Virus record (IMG/VR): IMGVR_UViG_3300036770_003016
From: a virus
Strand: one strand, 5' to 3'
DNA length: 64,000 nucleotides
Part shown: positions 16,528-26,370 of the stretch, piece after piece
Layout of the letters: each line of letters opens with the position of its first letter
Numbering within the stretch: the stretch's first letter is position 1
The notes under the pieces: model-generated
Database searches by the model: none
Seen by the model: the letters and a program-made list of their open reading frames with translations, nothing else
What the model was told of the DNA's origin: nothing
Translations under genes and position numbers: made by a program

Positions 16528-18765
16528 CTAGACCGCAATCCCATCAATGAATTTAGAGACTAGGACACGGCTTACTTGGCGTTTTTGATTGTGTTTCAGA
16601 AACGCATTGGCAAGTTTTGATGCAGTAACTTTGCCTTCTACAGTAAAATCTTCATCTTCAATCTTAAGGTCTTTGCCACCAGAAATCAGAAAGAACTTAT
16701 TGTAACCAGGTTTGTACGAGATCAAAAGTTTTTCTTTCTTGAATTCTTTCACAAGAAGATTCACTTTCTCTTTAGATGATTCCCAATCTTTGTAAATGGA
16801 ACGATTGTTCAGATCAATACCTTTTTCATCAACATAGTGATCACGAATCATAGCTGGAATAGTAGAACGACTACCAGAAGAAACAAAGAAACCGAAAATC
16901 TTTGAACCAGTTTTATCTGAATACCAGTTCATGATCTGTGGTTGAATATCTTCTGATTGTTTAATCTGATATTCTTTCTTAGTAGTCTTGTCAACAATAA
17001 AGACATTGGTGTATGAGTAACTAATACCGTTTACTTGCCAAGACTTTTCGATGGTAGGGTTGTAGTAGTAACTGCAAAAATCAGAATCACCATCGTGAAT
17101 CAAAACGGTGTTTACAATGTCAAGATTGTTCACTTTGCGAAACTCGTTAGTGAGGTCAGAAAGAGCAATCATAGCCTGATTCATTGGTGTATTACTCAAT
17201 GATTCAGACATTGCAGCAGTAAACAAACGATCAGGGCCATACGAATTCATCAATTGAACCATGTTACGAAGTACTTTAGTGTACTCTGAATTGGACATTT
17301 TAGAATTCATATACTCACGCAAAAATACGGTACCCATTTGAAGTTCTTTCGGGTTCATACTAAAGCAAGTAATACGCTCTTTAGCATTAGGCGAAAACTC
17401 ATTCGGAAAGTCACAAGTATTACGAACGAGAACTTGATCACCGAAACCGTAAACGACAAAGGGAATATTCACTTTGCGGCAAAATGATGTAAGCACAAGA
17501 ATCTGTTCAATAGAACCAGCCATGTTCTCAGTCATAGAACCAGAACGATCAAGAAGAAGCACAAGACCGTGCGATTTACCTTTGGGTACACGCATTACTT
17601 TACGGAAGATATTGTCATCTACCTGATATTTGTAAATGCGAGATACATCAATATCACCAGTGTTCGCAACTTTTGCCTTTGCAAAACGAGATGCAGCCTT
17701 CTTCATCTCAAATTCTTTGACAAGAAGCGAAACATATTTCTCATTGCGTTTCTTGAACTCTTGAATCAAAGACTCAAGTTTGCACTTTTGTGCATCAGAG
17801 AATCGTGCATTACGATCTTGTTCGATCTGCTCATGAACTCGTTTTGCAGGTGTGACAATCTGTTTCATAACAGGTTTTGGTAATGTCAGATACAGATAGT
17901 CTTTTGATTTGGCATCAAGAAGATCACCCTCACGATTACGAAAGTTATCGTCAGTTTCACAAGTAGGTTCATCAAAAGAATCACAAGGCGATGAATCTTT
18001 GAAACGATTGATTTGATTGCCTTCTTCATCAATATCATCATCACCATCGTCATCAGTATCGCCTTCAGCTTTACCTTGACCTTCAACATCTTCTGATTCG
18101 TCATAATCATCACCGAAAGATTCGCCGTCATCTGATTCTTCACCTTCAGAGAATTCAGCATCATCCATAGGTGAATCATAATTGAAATTGAATTGTTCTT
18201 CTTGTTCTTTCTTGGAATAATCCCAGACTTCACCAGTGATTTTGATTACATCATCCCAGGTTTCACAAGCACGAACACGGTCAACCAAATCTTTTTCTTC
18301 TGCACCAAAAGTAACAGGCAGAGTATAGTCAGATTTAGTATAGAGATTCAAACGGTTAATGAAAGACAGATCATTGATATCTTTGTTTCCAATACCAAAG
18401 AAGTCTTGATCTATTAGAGTTTTGTATGCACGGACAAAAGAAGGACGCAAACCAGGATACTTGCGTTTGATTTTCTTCTCAATACGGGCATCTTCAATAA
18501 CATTCAAAAATGCTTTGAAATTCTTACCATTGTCACAAACGGCATCATGCCAACCTTGTGCAGGTGTATAAAGAGCGTGACCGACTTCATGACCCATCAA
18601 AAGGTCATAAAGATCGCCACTCATATCTTTCCAAATGGGACAGTATAGAACACGGTTCTTAGGATCAAATGCAGCCGTATTCATTTTACGGTGTTCAATA
18701 CGAATATTCTCGGTCGCAAGCAATTTAGCTAGCTGAGATTTAGTTTGGGAAGTAAAAGTAGTCAT
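16528..18765 (-). CDS. CobT-like protein: N-terminal HExxH metallopeptidase-like domain, acidic linker, vWA domain
   Basis: GHEVGHALYT, NVIEDARIE, MIDAS LLLDRSGSM...TP...HDGD; adjacent to the MoxR ATPase. Confidence 0.85.
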   Translation of the reverse strand: MTTFTSQTKSQLAKLLATENIRIEHRKMNTAAFDPKNRVLYCPIWKDMSGDLYDLLMGHEVGHALYTPAQGWHDAVCDNGKNFKAFLNVIEDARIEKKIKRKYPGLRPSFVRAYKTLIDQDFFGIGNKDINDLSFINRLNLYTKSDYTLPVTFGAEEKDLVDRVRACETWDDVIKITGEVWDYSKKEQEEQFNFNYDSPMDDAEFSEGEESDDGESFGDDYDESEDVEGQGKAEGDTDDDGDDDIDEEGNQINRFKDSSPCDSFDEPTCETDDNFRNREGDLLDAKSKDYLYLTLPKPVMKQIVTPAKRVHEQIEQDRNARFSDAQKCKLESLIQEFKKRNEKYVSLLVKEFEMKKAASRFAKAKVANTGDIDVSRIYKYQVDDNIFRKVMRVPKGKSHGLVLLLDRSGSMTENMAGSIEQILVLTSFCRKVNIPFVVYGFGDQVLVRNTCDFPNEFSPNAKERITCFSMNPKELQMGTVFLREYMNSKMSNSEYTKVLRNMVQLMNSYGPDRLFTAAMSESLSNTPMNQAMIALSDLTNEFRKVNNLDIVNTVLIHDGDSDFCSYYYNPTIEKSWQVNGISYSYTNVFIVDKTTKKEYQIKQSEDIQPQIMNWYSDKTGSKIFGFFVSSGSRSTIPAMIRDHYVDEKGIDLNNRSIYKDWESSKEKVNLLVKEFKKEKLLISYKPGYNKFFLISGGKDLKIEDEDFTVEGKVTASKLANAFLKHNQKRQVSRVLVSKFIDGIAV

Positions 18766-18790
18766 AACAGTTCCTATCGAATATACGACT

Positions 18791-18843
18791 ATTATATCAG
18801 AAATGGGGGAATTGTCAATACGAGATGTTGTATAAAAACAACA
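18791..18843 (-). promoter_or_regulatory. sigma70 promoter with the same 18-bp operator
   Basis: TGTTGTTTTTATACAACA-N7-TTGACA-N16-TATAAT, with TGn extended -10. Confidence 0.85.
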
Positions 18844-18879
18844 GTACTGCTACTATATATTGTAGTAAGTTAGTACTCA

Positions 18880-20457
18880 CTAACCCTTGTAAAATACGAA
18901 AATCGGTTCATATTTGAGCCAGAGACCGTTTACTTTACAGAAGTTTTTAGATTTTGGCAACCCCGTTTCGGCATCAACTCTGTTACCACCAGGCATTTGT
19001 GCCAAACTCATTTTAAGTTTGCCTTTGTATTGCATACCTAAAGATTGCAAAATATCGATAGAGTCTTGTTCAAGAGGCAACATTTCTCCACCAAATTCTG
19101 CATCGGCAATATTCCAAAGAAGATACCGATCTGATGCAAGCCATTCGACACAAGTTTCTAATGTCTTGCGAAGAAAACCTTCTCTCCACAATTCATACTG
19201 ATTGAATTTCTTGTATGACTGTTCGGCATCTTGTGAGTATGCTTCTTTTGCAAAATATGGTGGAGAAGTAAATATCAAATCAAGTTTACCTTTATACTTC
19301 TGAAAGTTTTTGTTCTTGTGTATTTCTTCTGAACCTAATTGGTAAATTTCATATGTGTGTGTCTTAGGAAACAAACCTACTGCACGATATGTTTTTGTAT
19401 TGAAGAAATCAGCAAACTCATGGTACTTAGTTCTACCATTCTCTGTATTGTGATCTGTATTTGGATCAGTACCAATGTAGTGAATGTTTCTTGCATCATC
19501 TACAGATAGAGCTCCAAGTAAACGACCACCCCAACCAGAAGATGGATCATAGATGTTTATTTGTTCTTGTGCCTTAATATGTTCAGTATATCTTTCATAC
19601 AGATATTTTGCAGTCAGTGGGGGAAAGTTTACTGCATATTGACAAAAAGAAACACGAAAGGCTTTAAATCCTACAGGAAATATTTTACTTCCCTTTTTGA
19701 ACAAACGAATACGAAATGTTTGAGCCTCTTTATGATCAACATTTGTTTTGCATTGATCAGGTACATTTAGTTTGAGAAGATCGTTCTTTGAAATCAAAAC
19801 ATACTTTTGATTCTTTAGTTCTTCACAATAACCAGTGTACTCATTATCACCAGATGTTCCTTCAAACCAGTAATCATGTGTATCGTACTTACGAGCTGTT
19901 GTTTCGAACCACTCAACAAAACTTTCAACAGATGTTACTTTGAATGGTACAGAACCTATGTTCGAAATTACTTGACCTTCTTTTACTGGTGTTGAATGAC
20001 TGTAGAAAGAATCTCTTTTGAAATGTCGTGATGCATATGTAACAAATGTTTCAAGCAATTCATCTTTGGCAAAGTAATCATAGATTGATTTGCCTTTCTC
20101 AACATCTTTCGTATAGTTGATCTTTGTTTTCATCATGGTTGGAAACCATTGATTAACAGCATTACCAGTAATACTAGTGTTACGAATTACATCTAACTCA
20201 TTTGTCAATTCATCTTTCATAAGAAACTTATGGACAGGATATGTTGACATCTCATTGAACTGATCAATGATCTCATTCTCATTACAGCCTACTCTTGGTG
20301 GTTGTCCTTGTTCATCCCAAAGACGAACTACTTCCTTTCGCATATCAATTACCCATTGACGAAAATCATCCATAGACATCCATAGAATCTCTTCAAATGA
20401 TTTGTTAAGGCTTGAATTTAGAAAGTCGGTATTTCGTTCGTAAAAATATTTTGTCAT
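18880..20457 (-). CDS. Amino-type DNA methyltransferase (N4-C or N6-A) with a long N-terminal extension
   Basis: Motif I YDPSSGWGGRLLG; motif IV FTSPPYF. Confidence 0.85.
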   Translation of the reverse strand: MTKYFYERNTDFLNSSLNKSFEEILWMSMDDFRQWVIDMRKEVVRLWDEQGQPPRVGCNENEIIDQFNEMSTYPVHKFLMKDELTNELDVIRNTSITGNAVNQWFPTMMKTKINYTKDVEKGKSIYDYFAKDELLETFVTYASRHFKRDSFYSHSTPVKEGQVISNIGSVPFKVTSVESFVEWFETTARKYDTHDYWFEGTSGDNEYTGYCEELKNQKYVLISKNDLLKLNVPDQCKTNVDHKEAQTFRIRLFKKGSKIFPVGFKAFRVSFCQYAVNFPPLTAKYLYERYTEHIKAQEQINIYDPSSGWGGRLLGALSVDDARNIHYIGTDPNTDHNTENGRTKYHEFADFFNTKTYRAVGLFPKTHTYEIYQLGSEEIHKNKNFQKYKGKLDLIFTSPPYFAKEAYSQDAEQSYKKFNQYELWREGFLRKTLETCVEWLASDRYLLWNIADAEFGGEMLPLEQDSIDILQSLGMQYKGKLKMSLAQMPGGNRVDAETGLPKSKNFCKVNGLWLKYEPIFVFYKG

Positions 20458-20514
20458 ATCTATATCACTTCTGGTTGTGTCATTTTTTTATACATAATTA
20501 TTTAGGAGGAACAA

Positions 20515-20628
20515 ATGAACTCACTCATTATAACACTATTGTTGAACACAACGCAAGCACCACCACCGGTAGTAATTAATCAACCAGTAGTTACCGAAGA
20601 AAAATCAGCATGTGCTGGAGATGAATAG
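20515..20628 (+). CDS. Counter-oriented 37-aa small protein (not in ORF track)
   Basis: AGGAGG-N5-ATG; MNSLIITLLLNTTQAPPPVVINQPVVTEEKSACAGDE*. Confidence 0.45.
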   Translation: MNSLIITLLLNTTQAPPPVVINQPVVTEEKSACAGDE

Positions 20629-21044
20629 AGGTAGACAACACCTGGTATCTTACCGTCAGACCAACTAATCATGCCGACTTCTTTCATACCGTTTTTACCA
20701 TAGAACAATCTTGCTCTAAGATTTTCGGCACGAACTGTAAGCCAAACATTCGTTTTCATTTCGGCAAAAAATTTTTGTAATACTTTAGACGCAACACCAT
20801 TGCCTTGTTCTAAGGTAACAATTTGACCAATGTGTGCATCACCTTTTTGAGCTTCAGTGTTGCCTATCTTTTGTTTTCTTTTATACACACCAAAGATGAT
20901 CACTACTCCATCTTCATAAACCACATTACCACTTTGAATCTTTCTTGCAATGTAATCAGAACGAATGTGTGGAAAATATGTTTTTTGATATGGTGCAAAA
21001 GTAAGTTTTACAGAATCTAAATTTTCAAGTGTTGCAATTTTCAT
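20580..21044 (-). CDS. GNAT-family acetyltransferase
   Basis: QIV...QGNGVASKVL acetyl-CoA motif; LTVRAENLRARLFYGKNGM. Confidence 0.85.
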   Translation of the reverse strand: MKIATLENLDSVKLTFAPYQKTYFPHIRSDYIARKIQSGNVVYEDGVVIIFGVYKRKQKIGNTEAQKGDAHIGQIVTLEQGNGVASKVLQKFFAEMKTNVWLTVRAENLRARLFYGKNGMKEVGMISWSDGKIPGVVYLYSSPAHADFSSVTTG

Positions 21045-21649
21045 TCTAGAATTAATTTCCTAATTGTTGGGTTTGAATAGCAGTCGACTACTAAATGTAG
21101 TCGATCTTGATCCCATGTGTTATGTACTTCATGAGCTTTGGTCACATCTGCATAGTAGTAATGGCCTTTCTCAAAAAAGAAGTCGATCTTTTCTTTTCCT
21201 TCATACAAAGAGAAGATAACTTTGGGATCAGTTTTGATTGGAATGTGTATACGAACAATTTGTCCATCATCAAATCCAATACTCTTATCTATCTTATCGG
21301 TATGTTTTTCTATCTTAGTACCTGCCTTCAAACGCATCACACGAACTCGTTCAAAGGTTGCAGGTATTTTATATAGTATTTCATTTAAGGCTTGCATCTC
21401 TGGTAATCTTCTCAGAGAAGTATCTTGTAGTTCTGATTCATCAATACCTGACTTTAATACACCAGGTTTTAAAATATTTTCTGGATCAGAACTATAACCT
21501 CTCAACGAGATAGCTTCCCAATTACCATCATTGTATTTTGTCTTAACTAAAGACAGAGACATGTTTTCAATATACTTTACAGCAATATCAAGTTTATCAT
21601 CACCTTCATACTTTGGTATATTTAATTTTTTAGCAACTGGCCTTTTCAT
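21041..21649 (-). CDS. Aspartyl/asparaginyl beta-hydroxylase-like 2OG-Fe(II) oxygenase
   Basis: RVRVMRL...IEKHTD, RIHIPI, HEVHN...DRLHLVVD. Confidence 0.85.
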   Translation of the reverse strand: MKRPVAKKLNIPKYEGDDKLDIAVKYIENMSLSLVKTKYNDGNWEAISLRGYSSDPENILKPGVLKSGIDESELQDTSLRRLPEMQALNEILYKIPATFERVRVMRLKAGTKIEKHTDKIDKSIGFDDGQIVRIHIPIKTDPKVIFSLYEGKEKIDFFFEKGHYYYADVTKAHEVHNTWDQDRLHLVVDCYSNPTIRKLILE

Positions 21650-22215
21650 TTGCGTCTCTGTGCCCTTTTAATTATCTTGGTTTGTTTCCTACGACCTTGA
21701 GAAAGAGAAACTTTACCTACTTTAGAAGTAAACTTAACACCGTTCATATGATCTAGTTCATGAAGGTAACATCTTGCAGTCAAACCGTCAAGCCATTTCC
21801 TTTGTACTTGTCCTTGTTCATCAATATATTCTGCATGTACAGACACAGGCCTCTCTACTTTCAAAAACAAACCTGGAAAAGAAAGACAACCTTCATTGTC
21901 CTTGGCAACTCCACCAGAAACTTCTAGTACTTTTGGATTGATACACGCCATCTGAAACTGATCTGTACCAATTACAAACACTCTTTCATATACACCACAT
22001 TGATTTGCAGAAAGACCAACACCACCATACAGTTTCATCGTCATCTTCAATCGTGCAATCAATTTATTCATTACAGGATTAGGTAACTGATCTGTATACT
22101 CAGGTATCTCATCATCTAACATTACATAGTTTTCACCATATAAAGGTAATGGTTCTATTGTCTCTTGTTTCTTAACTACTTCTTCAGAAGTATCAATTGT
22201 TAAAATTTCACTCAT
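21646..22215 (-). CDS. def: Peptide deformylase
   Basis: GVGLSANQ, EGCLSFP, HELDHMNG. Confidence 0.96.
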   Translation of the reverse strand: MSEILTIDTSEEVVKKQETIEPLPLYGENYVMLDDEIPEYTDQLPNPVMNKLIARLKMTMKLYGGVGLSANQCGVYERVFVIGTDQFQMACINPKVLEVSGGVAKDNEGCLSFPGLFLKVERPVSVHAEYIDEQGQVQRKWLDGLTARCYLHELDHMNGVKFTSKVGKVSLSQGRRKQTKIIKRAQRRK

Positions 22216-23924
22216 TTTATTATCTTTGAAAAATTCTTTACCTTCTCAAAACGAATTACATTACTAAACTTATCTTGTAGTATATCACCTTTATGCGATA
22301 TCACAAAGATATTTACACCTTCTAACATATGTAACAACTTCATCAACTCTTCTGTGCCGTTTGCATCAAGTGAAGAATCAAATGTCTCATCTAGTATCAG
22401 TAGATTTGTATTTGCAGAATTCTTCAGTTTAGCTACAGCACGCCAAGTCAACATCAATGCCATATCAATTCTTTGTTTCTCACCCTCAGAAAAGTTATGG
22501 TACGAAAAATCGTCACGATGTCTGGACTTAATTGATTCTTTAAACGATTCATCAAGGTTAAAGTTTACAAAGAAATCTAGTGACGATAAATACTTGTTTA
22601 CTAACTTATTGATTACTGGCAAGTACTGTTTTATGATTTTGGTTTTGATACCAGTATCTTTTAACAAATTAGAGGATACCTCATAATATGTATTTTCTTG
22701 CAATAATTCTTTTAAGTGCGATTGCTGTTTTATCAAACTCTCCCGTAGTTCTTGCAGCAGTTGTTCTTCTTGCGTGGACGATACTGACGTTGCTTTAAGA
22801 TCAGCAATCATTTTTCTCAAACGATCAATCAATTTATTTGTCTCAGTGATTGTTGTATTTGTCTTTGCAATCTCTACTTGTTTCTCAGTTATCTCTTTCT
22901 GAATATCAGCAATCTCGTTTAACTTAGTCTGTTCTTCATTCAGTTTCTTTTCGAGTTCTGAGAGACCATGTTTGCAACTAGTGACTTTAGCGGAGAGATC
23001 ATTAAGTTCTTCCTCTTTAAATTCACTGGCAATGGTTTGCCTACATGTTGGGCAATTATCATGTGTCTGAAAGAAACTGATATCTTTCTGAAATTTGGAT
23101 AAGTTGCTTTCAATCTGCGATTCAAGTTTTGTAATTTTCTTGACTTTAGCCTCTGTGTCAATTTTACTTGCAGTAACCAATTGCAATCCTCTTGTCTGTT
23201 GGGTAAGTGTTGCAACAGTTTCGAGTAAGGAGGATACGGTATTGCTATGACATTCAATCTCACTTTCATATTCTTTCACCTTGTCTTCATTGTTTTGTTT
23301 CAATTGATCTAGATGTTTCTTCTGTAGATCATACTTCTGTTTGTTCAATTCAAGTTCATGCTTTAAATCAACAATCAAAGTTTTATTGGCAGACAGTCTT
23401 TCTTTCACCAAAGAATTCATTGTAGAAAAGATTTGAATGTCTAACAAGTCTTCAATGATTGCACGGCGATCTGATGCAGACAATTGCATGAAAGGTGTGA
23501 ATGAAGCTGAACCAAGAATTACGATCTGTGTAAATGATTTGTAGTTTAGTTTCAGTACAAATCGTTCAAGGTATTCTTGATAGTCTCTAGATGCCGCATC
23601 TTGATTCAGTAGTTCATTGTTGCAGTAGATTTCAAAAACATTTGGTTTAATACCACGAACAATTTTATATGACTTGTTATTGGTATTAAACTCTAACTCT
23701 ACAACACAATCTTTACCATTGATTGAATTAATCAGATTAGGTTTGTTGATATTGCGAAAGGCTTTACCGAACAATGCAAAACACAATGCATCAAGTAAGG
23801 TTGACTTACCTGATCCATTTGAACCCACTATCAATGTATTGGCGTTAGTGTTAAGATTAACTTCTGTAAAGTGATTGCCTGTTGATAGTAAGTTTTTCCA
23901 TTTAATTGTTCGGAATATAATCAT
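22212..23924 (-). CDS. gp46: Recombination endonuclease ATPase subunit gp46 (Rad50/SbcC-like)
   Basis: GSNGSGKST, CPTC zinc hook, FSEGEKQRID, LILDE, ISH. Confidence 0.97.
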   Translation of the reverse strand: MIIFRTIKWKNLLSTGNHFTEVNLNTNANTLIVGSNGSGKSTLLDALCFALFGKAFRNINKPNLINSINGKDCVVELEFNTNNKSYKIVRGIKPNVFEIYCNNELLNQDAASRDYQEYLERFVLKLNYKSFTQIVILGSASFTPFMQLSASDRRAIIEDLLDIQIFSTMNSLVKERLSANKTLIVDLKHELELNKQKYDLQKKHLDQLKQNNEDKVKEYESEIECHSNTVSSLLETVATLTQQTRGLQLVTASKIDTEAKVKKITKLESQIESNLSKFQKDISFFQTHDNCPTCRQTIASEFKEEELNDLSAKVTSCKHGLSELEKKLNEEQTKLNEIADIQKEITEKQVEIAKTNTTITETNKLIDRLRKMIADLKATSVSSTQEEQLLQELRESLIKQQSHLKELLQENTYYEVSSNLLKDTGIKTKIIKQYLPVINKLVNKYLSSLDFFVNFNLDESFKESIKSRHRDDFSYHNFSEGEKQRIDMALMLTWRAVAKLKNSANTNLLILDETFDSSLDANGTEELMKLLHMLEGVNIFVISHKGDILQDKFSNVIRFEKVKNFSKIIK

Positions 23925-24565
23925 ATTTTATTTTTACAATTATCAAAATGATATCTTTTCATCGAGTTAGAACCACCAGTTTTTTTACAATGTGGACATT
24001 CAATAGTTTCATATTTTAATCCTTTATTATAGGGTATTTGACCTTTGTGGGCATTACTCATATTTGTTCTTGATTTATCAGAATGAATTCGTCCTCTATT
24101 GTATGTGTGTCCTAAATGTGCCAATCTATTTTTTTCTTTAGATTCTTCAGAATGTTTTTTGCCAGCAATCCAAGGTTTTTGACCTTTTTTTCCTTTTGAA
24201 ATATTTTCTTTCCATTCATCAGTAAAATTTCTTTTTTGTCCTATTAATTTATTTCTTCTCTTTTCTATTGTTTCTGGTTTTTGTTTTTTGCCAGTTAGTT
24301 TTTTAACAATTTTTTCTATTGCTTCAGGTTTTTTCTTTTTTCCCAAATGCGTTTTTCTTTGAATTTCTCTGATTATATCTTCTTTTCCTATTCTTCCACT
24401 CAAAGCTTTCCAAGCAATTTCATCTTGCCAACATCCATGATTTTCCCAAAGCAATTTATGTGCTTCAGCGTGTTCTTCTATTGTCAATTCAACAATATTT
24501 GATGGGTCATCGGTTCCACCCATATGTTTAGGTATAATATGATGTTTATGAGTTTTGATCGACAT
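23921..24565 (-). mobile_element. Free-standing HNH homing endonuclease with NUMOD3-type repeats and a C-terminal CxxC
   Basis: HKHHIIPKHMGGTDDPSNIVELTIEEHAEAHKLL; GKKHSEESKEK repeats; CPHC; inserted between gp47 and gp46. Confidence 0.9.
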
Positions 24566-25616
24566 TTAAAGCCTCTAAGTATATTTCTTTTATAATAGAC
24601 TTCATTTTTTTTGGATCAATATCTTCCGTCAAATTGTCTATTACCTTATTTATAATAGTTAGAGTATCTTCTGCCTGATCTATTAGTTCTTGATCGTCTT
24701 CTAGAATCAGATCATTAAAGTCTTCAACAATAGACAAATCAGCCACACCAGTTTTGTAAATCAAATCTACTACATGATCAAAGAGAAATGGGTTTTGTTT
24801 ATTCACTACAACAACTTTCACATAGGTATCTTTGAGTGACGAGAAATCATAATTCTTCCAAGATTCAAAGTCTGTTTTAGTGTCATCATATACTACTTTA
24901 TTAAACATAGTATTAGTATTCTTCACAAACTGCATCTCTCTAGTAGCAGTATCAAATATATGAAACCCTTTTGGATCATTGTGATCTGCCCATGTCATTT
25001 CGTATGGCGTACCAACATAGGTAATATTACCGTCTGTAGATTTGTGATGAAAATGCCCAGACAGAACTATATCATACTTGGAAAGAACCTTTTTGTCAAG
25101 CCCATGATCACAAACATTGCCTTTATCCATTTCAAAGCCTGCAATCTCAAAGTGACCAAAACATATCTCAGACTTTGTTTTTTTCATTTTCTGAAAGATT
25201 TGTTTCTCATTCTCGTCACACATCCAAGGTACGATATCAATCGGCACACCATCAAATTCTACGGTATCAAAAACGTCATAGTATTTGATACACTGGTATT
25301 CATTTAACAATAGACCAGTTGAGTTTACCTCAAGTGTATTTTTAAATGCAACATCGTGATTGCCAAGTAGTGTATGTAGTTTGATGCCAAGATTTTCACA
25401 ACGATCAAAAAAGTATCTACGGCAGAGATGTAGTGTATTGAAGTTGATGAATTTTCTGCGATCAAACAAATCACCCATCTGAAATATAACTTCAATATCA
25501 TTTGCCTTTAGATAAGGAAAGAATATCTCATCATAAAATTTTTTGAAGTAATTGTGAAAGTCTAACGAATCACCTCTAGCCCCAAAGTGTGTGTCACCGA
25601 GTATACAAAGTTTCAT
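24546..25616 (-). CDS. gp47: Recombination endonuclease nuclease subunit gp47 (Mre11/SbcD-like)
   Basis: GDTHFG, GDLFD, GNHD, SGHFH. Confidence 0.97.
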   Translation of the reverse strand: MKLCILGDTHFGARGDSLDFHNYFKKFYDEIFFPYLKANDIEVIFQMGDLFDRRKFINFNTLHLCRRYFFDRCENLGIKLHTLLGNHDVAFKNTLEVNSTGLLLNEYQCIKYYDVFDTVEFDGVPIDIVPWMCDENEKQIFQKMKKTKSEICFGHFEIAGFEMDKGNVCDHGLDKKVLSKYDIVLSGHFHHKSTDGNITYVGTPYEMTWADHNDPKGFHIFDTATREMQFVKNTNTMFNKVVYDDTKTDFESWKNYDFSSLKDTYVKVVVVNKQNPFLFDHVVDLIYKTGVADLSIVEDFNDLILEDDQELIDQAEDTLTIINKVIDNLTEDIDPKKMKSIIKEIYLEALNVDQNS

Positions 25617-25794
25617 GTTGTAATTGTGTCTTCAAATGTTCAATTTCTGTTTTTAATTGCAACTTCTTTTTCTTCATTGAGGTAACAAGTGCATCATTAC
25701 CATAATGTTTTTCTTCTTTAATTATTTCGGCATCTAGTTCACGATGTACTTTCTCTAAGTGTACCAGATGATGTTCAAGTTTTTCTTTATCCAT
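25594..25794 (-). CDS. DUF465/YdcH-like small coiled-coil protein
   Basis: HRELDAEI...MKKKKLQLKTEI. Confidence 0.7.
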   Translation of the reverse strand: MDKEKLEHHLVHLEKVHRELDAEIIKEEKHYGNDALVTSMKKKKLQLKTEIEHLKTQLQHETLYTR

Positions 25795-25807
25795 AATATT
25801 TTCCTAT

Positions 25808-26314
25808 TCATGCTTTTTGTTTCTTTTTGTTTTCTTTTGCTTCTTCAAAGTTATGAATGAATTCAGAGATGTTGTCATAAAGTTGAAACTGTTGCATATG
25901 GCCATCTGCGTCTTCAAACATTTCCATTTCATCAAATATGCCAAATTGTTCTGTTGCCTTATACTTGACATATAGTTGCTTTTTTTCTCTAACTATTCTT
26001 CTTAGAAAAGCATAATATATGATTTGAGTAAAATATGCAAATGGATTGTTACTCTTTGCCGGGTTAAAGTTACGAAAGTACATAAGGCAATTTTCTATAC
26101 CATCTGAAATCATTTCATCTCTAAAAGAATAGGATACAAAATTTGGTTTACGAGAAAGGTGATCAGCTATCTTTAGAAAACATTCACCAATATAATTTGG
26201 TATAGGTGGGTCTGGTCTATTCTCTTTTTCAGCTACAGTACATGCCTCTTTGTAATCTATAAGGGCTTTTAGGAAGTCTGGGTTGTTAATGTAATGATTT
26301 GTTTTTCTACTCAT
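25808..26314 (-). CDS. gp55: Late-transcription sigma factor gp55
   Basis: HYINNPDFL, YIGECFLKIA, MISDGIENC, NPFAYFTQIIYYAFLRRI. Confidence 0.97.
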   Translation of the reverse strand: MSRKTNHYINNPDFLKALIDYKEACTVAEKENRPDPPIPNYIGECFLKIADHLSRKPNFVSYSFRDEMISDGIENCLMYFRNFNPAKSNNPFAYFTQIIYYAFLRRIVREKKQLYVKYKATEQFGIFDEMEMFEDADGHMQQFQLYDNISEFIHNFEEAKENKKKQKA

Positions 26315-26341
26315 GATATAGGCAATCTTGGTTAAATGTTG

Positions 26342-26370
26342 TTGACATGGAGCTTGACAGGTGTTATAGT
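26342..26370 (+). promoter_or_regulatory. Plus-strand (antisense) sigma70-type promoter
   Basis: TTGACA-N17-TATAGT, with TGn extended -10. Confidence 0.55.

Noticed and set aside
15256-18765. Cobalamin biosynthesis function
   Set aside because: No cobN or other cob genes in the window; features fit a generic MoxR-vWA pair
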